Shown one piece after another: positions 12,043 to 24,803 of a DNA stretch of 64,000 nucleotides (positions are counted from its first letter, which is position 1; every line of letters starts with the position of its first letter). The notes below the pieces were generated by a model. It saw only the letters and a list, made by a program, of their open reading frames with translations, ran no database searches and was not told the DNA's origin. The position numbers were made by a program, and so were the translations under genes. This DNA comes from Eledone cirrhosa (taxonomy: Eukaryota), in assembly GCA_964016885.1 (NCBI GenBank), contig OZ024743.1, positions 53,010,001 through 53,074,000 on the forward strand, given 5' to 3'.

Positions 12043-14026
12043 TTACCTTACTTCTCGTAGCGGAAGGACGGTTTTTCCATCCTTTTCACTGCTTGTGGCC
12101 TCCTCAGGAAGGATGTCCTTATAAATCCTCCTGGAGAGTGCTTGTCGGAAGTCTCCGATGTCTTTGGGGAATTTTTGTTTTAGTGTCATGTACCTTTTCT
12201 GTGTGATGCGAGTGATTTGTATGTGTGGAGGTGGTGTGAATTTTGGGGTTGTTGTGTAGTCTTTTTCTGTGATGCTGGTGTTGTGTTGGATGTAGTGTAA
12301 TAATTGCTTGTTGTTCAAATTTAATGCTGTGTAGTGTGTATCGTTTTGGTTGTTTTGTTTTGTTTGCGTTTGTTGTGGGTTTGTTTCTGTTTCGCATTTT
12401 GGTGACTTTTGTGGTGTAGGTGATGGTGGTGTTGGAGTTAATGATGGTGATGGTGTTGGTGTTTGGGTTGATGGGGTTGGTGATGCTGGTGTGGATGGTG
12501 GCATATCTGTCCTAACTTTTTTGTTTCTTAGTTTATTTGTTTCCCTCTGTATTTTGTTTTTGGAGGGGGAAGGAAGAGAATTTTTTCTTTTTTGGTTTCT
12601 TTTTTTTTTCCGGATATCGTTTCCCACTCCTCGTCGTCACAATCTGTCTCCAGTTGTGATAGGCCGGGGAGTGGAAAATCCTCCACAGCCGTTAGTTTTG
12701 GTTGTGGTGTGGTGGATGGTGTAGGCGCTGGTGCTAGTTCTGAAGCGTTGGGTGGTGGTGGTGTTGGTTTTGCTGGTGGTGGTAGTGGTGTTGGTTTTGC
12801 TACTGTTGGTGGGGTTGTTGCTGTTATAGTTGCTTCTGTTGTTGCTGCTACAGTTGTTGCTGCCATCTCTGCTACTGGTGGTGTTGATGGTTGTGTCACT
12901 GGGATGGGTAGGAGAGGTGGCCTCAACCTTTTAGCCTGAGGGCAGAAAGCCCTTAGGTGGGTTCCTTCACCACAAACGACACACCTAAGTCTTCTGCCCT
13001 CGACAATTACCGTGAGGTGGCTGCCGTCAGTGAGGTCTATTACCTCTGGGATCTCCTCAATGCTTTTTTGGTCCGCTTGGATCAGGAGCTCCATCCCAGA
13101 TCCGGACCAGTTTTCCTGCTTTTCTTTTGCTACTGCTATTATTTTCGTGTTGGCTTCGATGCCGGCGAGGACAGCCGCTATTAGCCAGGGAATTTCGATG
13201 GCCGGTGGAACGTGGGTCACCCTGATCTTTACGAGTCTCTGGCCACAATAGCTTGGGACGAGTGTGAGGTCGTCACTTTTTAATGGGGCCATGGAGTGTT
13301 CTCTAGCCTCCTCTGGTGTTTCAAAGAACACATCCACGGTTCCATACTTTTGCCCACGTCTGATGTGGGTTTTTCTTGCCCACACATGTCCCAAAGCTTT
13401 TTGGATTTGGGACTCGGATGCCCGTTCCACTCGGCGCGATTTTACATTTATTGTTCTATACGACACGGTGCACAGGCGCCGATGCTCCATTTTATTAGGT
13501 GGGGGTGGGGGGGTGGGGTGAGGCTGACCCTGTACCCATCTTTCTTTACCATTTGTTTGGCATTTTCTAAATCTTCTTGAGTTACCGTGAACGCTTCGAA
13601 TTGTTTTGCTACGATGGCGAAACTGAGGGTCGGTTTTATAATGTCATTGTTGTTGTTGTTGCTATCGTTATTTGTGTTAATCTTAATTTTTGTTTCAGTT
13701 GTGGTGGTGGTGACGTCATTCGTCTTTGGTGCGGAAGAGTCCATTTTGCTTGATTTCATTTCGACATCACGAGTTAATTTATTTTCTTCTTCTTTTGTTT
13801 CTGTTGTCGCGGTGGTGGTGGTGGTGGTGGTGGAGGCTTTAACACCTGCAGTCATTGGTAATGGCGGGAAATGAATGTCTGCCTGAGACAAATTTAAAAT
13901 ATTGCTACTGCTTATATTTTTTTTTGTGTTGGCAAACGTAGTAACATTTACAATGGTGGTGTCGGTGTGAGGTGTTATTTTGTGAGGAAGGCTTTCAGCT
14001 GCTTCGTGCAGAGGGGAATTAGCCAT
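12043..14026 (-). pseudogene. Tx1-like ORF1 (gag-like, CCHC knuckle), split into three ORFs by two frameshifts
   Basis: Overlapping ORFs 13448-14026, 12528-13490 (CVVCGEGTHLRAFC) and 12043-12627; the shifts fall at G-runs (~13500-13518) and a T-run (~12600-12609). Confidence 0.75.
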
Positions 14027-14234
14027 TTTTTTTCAAATAAATTTTTGGATAATAATAAAAGTTAAAATTTTGGGCACAAGGCCCCAATCTTTTTGGGTGT
14101 CCTTTTCGGAAAACAATGTATGTGCGCTTATAAACAGTTAACAATAAAATTTTCCATAAATGACAATTTTTAACAAACGGAAATAACAAACCTTTGCGGA
14201 GCTCACGATGATACGATTTACTAAGTAGGTCGCC

Positions 14235-14299
<65 letters not shown>

Positions 14300-14300
<1 letters not shown>

Positions 14301-14660
14301 GATCGTACCTGATTGTAGATGTAGCCTGCCCATTCGACACGAGAGTGCAAGAGAAGGAGAGGGAGAAAATTAACCGATACCAGGACTTAAAGTGGGACGT
14401 AAAAAGGATTTGGAACTGCCATGAAGTCAAAGTGGTCCCGATTGTCATAGGCGCTCTAGGTACTATCTCAAAGAGTTTCCAGGGATGGTTAAAGAAAATT
14501 GGCCCCGCTCCGCTTTTTGGAACACTTTAAAAGGCATGCTTGCTGGGAACAGCAAGAACGCTCCGATACGTCCTGAATATCTGAGGCTGCAGGTAGTGGC
14601 TTGATATTCATTTCAACAAACTTTCCAGTTAACTAACATCAATGACTGAGACTCAAAGAA
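14300..14660 (+). mobile_element. 3' fragment of a Dong/R4-like RLE LINE in (TAA)n
   Basis: IVDVACPFD...EKINRYQDLK...VVPIVIGALG...KACLLGTAR; (AAT)n at 14235-14299 and 14661-14688. Confidence 0.8.
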
Positions 14661-14799
14661 CAATAATAATAATAATAATAATAATAATGCTTTCTTTATT
14701 AACCACAAGGGTTTACACAAAGTAGACATTAAGGACAGTACAGGACAATACAGGACGGTACAAAATGGCATTTTTGCGTGTAAAAAAAAACAAAAAACA

Positions 14800-17181
14800 A
14801 TAATAATGATTTCTTTATTGGCCACAAGGCTGACATCAAGAAAAACATTACAGACGGCACAGGACGGTACAGGACGGTACGATGTGGCTTTTATGCGTGT
14901 AAATATTTTTATTATTCATATAAGAAAAGAAGAAAAAAAGGACAGAAACATATATATATATATATAAACAATAAAAATGAAAATTGAAACAATGAAAAAT
15001 TCCCCAATAGGGGGGAAACCTCCGAGGGTTACTCGTGGCGAAAACCACACAAAAGACCACGGCCACCTCACCACCAGGGCAAGCGCCTCTCTCAATTTTT
15101 CCATTTCTCAAACTACAGATGTATATTCAGAGCGGTCCTGTTCACTCAGACCATTCTCGCTACATTCACCCACCTTTCAACAAACATACTAGAAGGCAGC
15201 ACTTGCCTCTCCACCCTGATTTTCCTCTTCAAGTGAAACTTGAAAAAGTTAATTAGGGATTGTCCGAAGAGGAAAGTGTCTGTCTTTAACCCTTTTAACC
15301 TTGTCCACCACACAATCTCTTTCGCCATGGCCACCAGGCAGATGAAAACCGCCATCCCTTCCTCCTCGAAGGAAGACGGCAAGACCATCTGCACAATGGA
15401 CTCAGTCGACAACCGGATCAGTCCCACACGCGACAGCAACTGTTCGACATAGCTCCACAAGTCAGCAATGCTCGGGCACTGAACGAATGCGTGCACGACG
15501 GTTTCGTCGCTCTGCGCGCATCTCGGACAGGCTCGGCTGACGGCACTTCCGTGCCTGTAGAGCTTATATCGAACCGGCAGCGCTCCCCGGTAGCACTGCC
15601 AGGCCAGGGATTTTTGGAACTTATCCATAGGCCCTGGGCTGAAAGTTCTCCGGAAGAGAGCAAACAGCTGATCTTCTTCGACGCCCAGGATCTCTCCGAG
15701 AATGTCGTCGCTCTTCCCCTCCACTAGTCCTCTATAGAACGCCGAGGTGGATGTTCCACCGATACTGGTGCCCAGCTGGCAGAGGGCAGTGAGCGCCTGG
15801 AGAAATTCCAGTTTCCAAGCGCTATCCCTCGGTCTTTTTCTGACCCAAGACTGCAGCTCCGTCAAGGAGACGAGCTGTGGAAAAAACGTGCCTGGCGAAC
15901 GGCGACCACACCTGTTCACCGTCAAGGAAACACCAGAGATGTCGCAGCCTCAGCGCATGTTTGCGCATCATCAGCTATGGCATGCCCAGTCCTCCACGCA
16001 ACGGGCGTTGACAGCAGATGGATCGTCTGACCATGGGAGCGCGTCCCTTCCACAGAAAGCGGAAGAGGAGGCGCTCCATTTTGGTGAGAGTTGGGCTGGA
16101 GCAAGGGACGACGGTCAGGCGGTAGCAGATGACGGATGCGATGTACGCATTCGCCACCTCCGCCCGGCCTTTCAGGGACAGCTTCCTCTCGGCCCATTTC
16201 TGGGTGGGGGAGGCCACCTTGCTCGTCACCTCGTTCCAGTTTTTCTCCATCTGGAGGTCCGTCCGAATCAGACCCCGAGCAATTTAACCGGTACGTCCGT
16301 CCAACGCCCCACGACGCTGTCGGACGGCATGGACTTTCCTCTCCAGGTGCCGAGCTGCAAGCCCAACGACTTTTCCTGGTTTATTTTGTTCCTGTCACCG
16401 CTTCGTATTCCTTGAGAGCGGTGCTGAGCATCTGGACGTGTTTGGTGCTCGACACCACCACGGTGAAGTCGTCGGCGTAAGCCGACTCGGATTTCCCGCA
16501 TCCTAGTTCGCGTGGGACGCCGCTCATCGCCCCCAGTTTGTGCAGTAACGGCTCGAGAGCCAATACGTACAAGAGGGACGAGAGGGGACAACCCTGGCGG
16601 ACTGAGCGCATGATGCTGAACGGCTGCGACAGGTGACCGTTCACCCTCACAACTGAGCAGATGTCGCTGTACATCGCTGCGATCCAGCCCCTGAAAACAG
16701 GCCCCAAACCGGCTGCCTCGAGGGCCGCCGCCAGGTACCGATGGTCGACCCTATCGAATGCTTTGGATTGATCCAAGTTGATCAGGGCCCCACTCGTGCC
16801 AGGTTCCTTAACCACCCCCTCTATGATGTATCGCATTTGTCCCCTCGTGTTTCAGAGCACGCGCTCTAGCTCTAACAACACAGCCTTCGTGTTTTGCATT
16901 GAAGAATTGGTCGAGTGTCAATCTCGCCGCAAGCACGTCGGTTGCGATGCCTGTCCTAAACGCTCTTCTAGCTTTCTGACTAGCTCTCCCTCTACTCTAT
17001 TTTCCTCTATCACTAGTCCTTTGCTAAACCTAATCGACTCTACTTTAATTGCCCTTTTCAGGGCGAACCACCACCTGTTGTTGACGACCGCTCCCGTCAA
17101 CGCCCGCTTAACTAATACGCTAATCCGGTCTCTGTAGGCTTTGCGCGCCGGGAAAGACGCGTTCAACTTCCAGTAACCGGA
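14800..17181 (-). pseudogene. Second, 5'-truncated, internally deleted and frameshifted Tx1-like ORF2 copy
   Basis: ORF fragments 16918-17180, 16381-16836 (YADD), 15975-16250 and 15146-15925 match the 8685-12008 protein; deletion junction at ~16837. Confidence 0.9.
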
Positions 17182-18072
<891 letters not shown>

Positions 18073-18099
18073 CAATATTTGCCACACAGTTATATAAAT

Positions 18100-19010
18100 G
18101 GCAAATATTGATGGAAATATGGAAGAAAAGAAAAAAAGGATAAAAATGAATACAAGCAACGAACAGAGGGGGGGGGGGGTTAAGAAGGGTAGATTTGACT
18201 GTATATGAAAGTAGAAGAAAAGGCTACAAATGTCATAAATGAGAGGAAAAGTAGGGAAAAGCAAGGACTGTGGCCACGGAAAAAGGGTGGGGGTAAGCGT
18301 AGGGGTGATAGGCTTTATGCCTGCGGCGCGGCGGTGTTTGGGTTGCGCTCCGTGGACAATGATGAGCGACACCCATTGCAACAGCCACCCCACCCCGCGG
18401 GGTTCCTTCCTTCAGCGGGCTGCTAACAATCCAATTTTACGGAGAAGCTCGGCAGTACTGGGTCTGAGGTATCGACGGCGACTGGTGGGAAGAGGAAACG
18501 GCCGGACAAGCCCCGGTATTTGTTTGTCTTCTTGCCCTCTACATTGCGGGCCGCAATACCGAGGTTTTGGCCGATGCAACTAAGTTGGAGGACGAAAAGG
18601 TGTCACAACATGTGGAATCGCAGATGAGGGATTTCCCTCCTTCGAATGGGAAGAGGATAATTCCATTGAGGCGCTTGCCGTCTTCGCGGTTGAGGCCTGC
18701 ATGCTCCAGTTATGATGGGCAGTCAACTGCATTCAGGCTCCTTTTCAATATCTTGGTGAGAGCGGCATGTTGGGGGAACTGACCTGCGCTCTGGTGACAT
18801 GACATATGCAAGCCAAATTCGTAAACAACAGAGACGTTGTACAACTGCGATACGAGTGCACTTGTCGTCAAGAAAGGAAGCGGTTGATGAGGAGGGCACC
18901 GAATTGAGCCACACACTGCTGTTTGGCTGCGATGCGGATCGGAGTCAAGCGAAGCTGTGTTAGTTCAAGCCAGACTCGAACCGCCTTGAAATAAGACCTG
19001 CGCTTATATA
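18100..19010 (-). pseudogene. Decayed CRE-like RLE non-LTR retrotransposon 3' portion
   Basis: Stitched minus-strand frames: WLNSVPSSSTASFLDD...GLHMSCHQSAG...HAALTKILKRSL...LEHAGLNREDGKRLNG...GKSLICDSTCCDT. Confidence 0.65.
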
Positions 19011-19384
19011 CCACTACCACCACTTCTACCACCACGGCACACATCCATACCCACTATCATCACTATCATCACCATAATTTTACTTCTTGCTCAATCCTGG
19101 ATCTTCACCGCCGCCACCACCACCATCACCACCGCCGCCGCCACCTCCACCGCCACCACCGCCACCACTAGTAATACCAGTAAATTGTTAAATTGATATC
19201 AGGAATACGAGGATTTTGGTTGATAAAATAACAGAAGTGGACTTCCGGCACAATACCGTAGTTGTTCTGTCTAATATAATTAGGTTTAAAGACCAAATAT
19301 CTCCAGTATCAGATATTTCAGATATATAAAAAAAAGAAAAACGACCGACCTAAAGTTTAGGCAAGTCTTCTGGGTCAAACATGG

Positions 19385-22300
19385 GTATGGCTGCATGGTT
19401 AGGTTTGTTTCACTATCACGTGTACCAAGTTCGATGACATTGTATGACTGTGTGGTTAGGAGAGTTACTTCACAATCACCATGTCCCCAGTTCGATCACA
19501 TTGTATGGCTGTGTGGTTAGGAGAGTTACTTCACAATCACCATGTCCCCAGTTCGATCGTATTGTATGGCTGTGTGGTTAGGAGAGTTACTTCACAATCA
19601 CCATGTCCCCAGTTCGATCACATTGTATGGCTGTGTGGTTAGGAGACTTACTTCACAATCACCATGTCTCCAGTTCGATCACATTGTATGGCTGTGTGGT
19701 TAGGAGAGTTACTTCACAATCACCATGTCCCCAGTTCGATCACATTGTATGGCTGTGTGGTTAGGAGACTTACTTCACAATCACCATGTCCCCAGTTCGA
19801 TCACATTGTATGGCTGTGTGGTTAGGAGACTTACTTCACAAACACCATGTCCCCAGTTCGATCACATTGTATGGCTGTGTGGTTAGGAGACTTACTTCAC
19901 AATCACCATGTCTCCAGTTCGATCACATTGTATGGCTGTGTGGTTAGGAGAGTTACTTCACAAACACCATGTCCCCAGTTCGATCACATTGTATGGCTGT
20001 GTGGTTAGGAGAGTTACTTCACAATCACCATGTCCCCAGTTCGATCACATTGTATGGCTGTGTGGTTAGGAGAGTTACTTCACAATCACCATGTCCCCAG
20101 TTCGATCACATTGTATGGCTGTGTGGTTAGGAGAGTTACTTCACAATCACCATGTCCCCAGCTCGATCACATTGTATGGCTGTGTGGTTAGGAGAGTTAC
20201 TTCACAATCACCATGACCCCAGTTAGATCACATTGTATGGATGTGTGGTTAGGAGAGTTACTTCACAATCACCATGTACCCAGTTCAATCACATTGCATG
20301 GCTGTGTGGTTAGGAGAGTTACTTCACAAACACCATGTCCCCAGTTCGATCACATTGTATGGCTGTGTGGTTAGGAGAGTTACTTCACAATCACCATGTC
20401 CCCAGTTCGATCACATTGTATGGCTGTGTGGTTAGGAGAGTTACTTCACAATCACCATGTCCCCAGTTCGATCACATTGTATGGCTGTGTGGTTAGGAGA
20501 GTTACTTCACAATCACCATGTCCCCAGCTCGATCACATTGTATGGCTGTGTGGTTAGGAGAGTTACTTCACAATCACCATGTCCCCAGTTAGATCACATT
20601 GTATGGATGTGTGGTTAAGAGAGTTACTTCACAATCACCATGTACCCAGTTCAATCACATTGCATGGCTGTGTGGTTAGGAGAGTTACTTCACAAACACC
20701 ATGTCCCCAGTTCGATCACATTGTATGGCTGTGTGGTTAGGAGAGTTACTTCACAATCACCATGTCCCCAGTTCGATCACATTGTATGGCTGTGTGGTTA
20801 GGAGAGTTACTTCACAAACACCATGTCCCCAGTTCGATCACATTGCATGGCTGTGTGGTTAGGAGAGTTACTTCACAATCACCATGTCCCCAGTTCGATC
20901 ACATTGTATGGCTGTGTGGTTAGGAGAGTTACTTCACAATCACCATGTACCCAGTTCAATCACATTGCATGGCTGTGTGGTTAGGAGAGTTACTTCACAA
21001 TCACCATGTCCCCAGTTCGATCACATTGTATGGCTGTGTGGTTAGGAGAGTTACTTCACAATCACCATGTACCCAGTTCAATCACATTGCATGACTGTGT
21101 GGTTAGGAGAGTTACTTCACAATCACCATGTACCCAGTTCGATCACATTGCATGGCTGTGTGGTTAGGAGACTTACTTCACAATCACCATGTACCCAGTT
21201 CGATCACATTGTATGGCTGTGTGGTTAGGAGAGTTACTTCACAATCACCATGTCCCCAGTTCGATCACATTGTATGGCTGTGTGGTTAGGAGAGTTACTT
21301 CACAACCACCATGTCCCCAGTTCGATCACATTGTATGGCTGTGTGGTTAGGAGAGTTACTTCACAATCACCATGTCCCCAGTTCGATCACATTGCATGGC
21401 TGTGTGGTTAGGAGAGTTACTTCACAATCACCATGTCCCCAGTTCGATCACATTGCATGGCTGTGTGGTTAGGAGAGTTACTTCACAATCACCATGTCCC
21501 CAGTTCGATCACGTTGTATGGCTGTGTGGTTAGGAGACTTACTTCACAATCACCATGTACCCAGTTCGATCACATTGTATGGCTGTGTGGTTAGGAGAGT
21601 TACTTCACAATCACCATGTCCCCAGTTCGATCACATTGTATGGCTGTGTGGTTAGGAGAGTTACTTCACAATCACCATGTACCCAGTTCGATTACATTGC
21701 ATGGCTGTGTGGTTAGGAGAGTTACTTCACAATCACCATGTCCCCAGTTCGATCACATTGTACGGCTGTGTGGTTAGGAGAGTTACTTCACAATCACCAT
21801 GTACCCAGTTCGATCACATTGTATGGCTGTGGGGTTAGGAGACTTACTTCACAATCACCATGTCCCCAGTTCGATCACATTGCATGGCTGTGTGGTTAGG
21901 AGAGTTACTTCACAATCACCATGTCCCCAGTTCGATCACATTGCATGGCTGTGTGGTTAGGAGAGTTACTTCACAATCACCATGTCCCCAGTTCGATCAC
22001 ATTGCATGGCTGTGTGGTTAGGAGACTTACTTCACAATCACCATGTACCCAGTTCGATCACATTGCATGGCTGTGGGGTTAGGAGAGTTACTTCACAATC
22101 ACCATGTCCCCAGTTCGATCACATTGTATGGCTGTGTGGTTAGGAGAGTTACTTCACAATCACCATGTCCCCAGTTCGATCACATTGTATGGCTGTGTGG
22201 TTAGGAGAGTTACTTCACAATCACCATGTCCCCAGTTCGATCACATTGCATGGCTGTGTGGTTAGGAGAGTTACTTCACAATCACCATGTCCCCAGTTCG

Positions 22301-23300
22301 ATCACATTGTATGGCTGTGTGGTTAGGAGAGTTACTTCACAATCACCATGTCCCCAGTTCGATCACATTGTATGGCTGTGGGGTTAGGAGACTTACTTCA
22401 CAATCACCATGTCCCCAGTTCGATCACATTGCATGGCTGTGTGGTTAGGAGAGTTACTTCACAATCACCATGTCCCCAGTTCGATCACATTGCATGGCTG
22501 TGTGGTTAGGAGAGTTACTTCACAATCACCATGTCCCCAGTTCGATCACATTGCATGGCTGTGTGGTTAGGAGACTTACTTCACAATCACCATGTACCCA
22601 GTTCGATCACATTGCATGGCTGTGGGGTTAGGAGAGTTACTTCACAATCACCATGTCCCCAGTTCGATCACATTGCATGGCTGTGTGGTTAGGAGAGTTA
22701 CTTCACAATCACCATGTCCCCAGTTCGATCACATTGCATGGCTGTGTGGTTAGGAGACTTACTTCACAATCACCATGTACCCAGTTCGATCACATTGCAT
22801 GGCTGTGGGGTTAGGAGAGTTACTTCACAATCACCATGTCCCCAGTTCGATCACATTGTATGGCTGTGTGGTTAGGAGAGTTACTTCACAATCACCATGT
22901 CCCCAGTTCGATCACATTGTATGGCTGTGTGGTTAGGAGACTTACTTCACAATCACCATGTCCCCAGTTCGATCACATTGTATGGCTGTGTGGTTAGGAG
23001 ACTTACTTCACAAACACCATGTCCCCAGTTCGATCACATTGTATGGCTGTGTGGTTAGGAGACTTACTTCACAATCACCATGTCTCCAGTTCGATCACAT
23101 TGTATGGCTGTGTGGTTAGGAGAGTTACTTCACAATCACCATGTCCCCAGTTCGATCACATTGCATGGCTGTGGGGTTAGGAGAGTTACTTCACAATCAC
23201 CATGTCCCCAGTTCGATCACATTGCATGGCTGTGTGTTTAGGAGAGTTACTTCACAATCACCATGTCCCCAGTTCGATCACATTGCATGGCACTTGCCAG
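19385..23300 (+). repeat. 61-bp tandem satellite (~64 units) derived from a tRNA-SINE head
   Basis: Unit tgtatggctgtgtggttaggagagttacttcacaatcaccatgtccccagttcgatcacat, with A-box-like TGGCTGTGTGG and B-box-like GTTCGATC. Confidence 0.92.
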
Positions 23301-23426
23301 GATAATATGCATTTTTTTTTGTTCTGTTAAAGATTTCTCTTTTCTTAAGCTTTGTGGGTGCATTTGGGTAGGCGGTAACTGTGTGGAAGCCCATCGAATA
23401 TATTGCATTTGTGATCTGAGGGCGTT

Positions 23427-23516
<90 letters not shown>

Positions 23517-23804
23517 AATCCATTAAGTTCCTACAACCGGTACAGCTAGTCGTTAGGCTTCCACTCTTGACTCTTGACTGTGTACTCATCATGACATTTC
23601 AATGGCGGGATGAATCTCCTCTCACTGTCCAGTTCCTCACTAACTTTAGCCTGCCAGCATATATATGTATATTAGAAAAAAATGTACACGCCAAGAGAAA
23701 GAATGAGGGGCTCATTCTACTGATATGGCTTTAAAAATGAGGCGTGTTTGCATAATTGCAAATAAATCGAATATTATTTATAATATTCGAAAAGCTCAGA
23801 TTAC

Positions 23805-23887
<83 letters not shown>

Positions 23888-24466
23888 AGAAGCAAAAAAT
23901 TGCTTATTGTGATCCAGTTTTTGGTTAAGAAAGCCAGTTTCATGGATGGTTTCAACGTACGGTTAGGGGTAACTCCACAAGTTTGTAAGAATTCCGTTCA
24001 ATCTTGGAGTATAAAGTATAAAAGAGAAAACACGGGTAAGCATTAAGAGAAGGATTTAATCCAGGTATTTACGACCCTTTCATTGGTAAGTGCAACCTTA
24101 TATTGCTATACTGCAAATAGCAGCCACTCAATTATAATTGTTGTTCACAGTCCAAATTTTCAAAATAGTGAGTTACTCTTGAAATAATTCTTAATATATA
24201 GAGAAAAACATTTATTTGGAATTGTATTTACTAGTATAGAGAGAGAGGAATCAGGAGGTGAGGGGACAGACGGCATAGTATAGAGAGAGAGGAAGGGGGA
24301 AGAGGTAGGAAGTAGAATGACAAACTGAGGTGGAGGTAGGGGTAGAGGTGGAAGGATTCTTTGGTCAGTTTTGATAGCAGACATCATGTCGTGGAGTGTA
24401 GTGAGTTTAAGAGAATTAAATAGATAATAGTGGGAGGGATGGATAGAGAGGGGGAGATATAAAGAG

Positions 24467-24511
<45 letters not shown>

Positions 24512-24803
24512 TATATGTATATATAAATACATACACACACACACACACACACATATATACAGATATATATAAAAAAATAAAAATAAAGATAATAATGTCA
24601 AAAATAAAAGCAAAGAAGGGGGTGAGAAGGAAGAAAAGAAAAGATAGCCAAGAAGGGGGAAGGAAGGAAGAAGACGAAGAAATAGAAGAGGAATGAGGGA
24701 GAAGAGGGGGATATATGTATTGGTTTTGTGGGTAATTAAAGGGTCTAGATATAAGAGGGTATAAAGTCTAAGTATATGCAGTTTGTCAGTTGGTAGTAAG
24801 AGG

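Larger units (their letters stand above)
8330..14235 (-). mobile_element. Near full-length Tx1/L1-group LINE bounded by (TAA)n
   Basis: 5' UTR ~14027-14235, ORF1, ORF2, 3' UTR ending AATAAA then (TTA)n; (AAT)n tracts at both ends. Confidence 0.9.

Noticed and set aside
9604-13251. Antisense ORFs over the Tx1 element (likewise over the PLEs)
   Set aside because: Shadow frames of GC-richer coding sequence with no recognisable motifs
19385-23300. CRISPR array
   Set aside because: Units are contiguous and near-identical with no unique spacers; no cas genes; eukaryotic context
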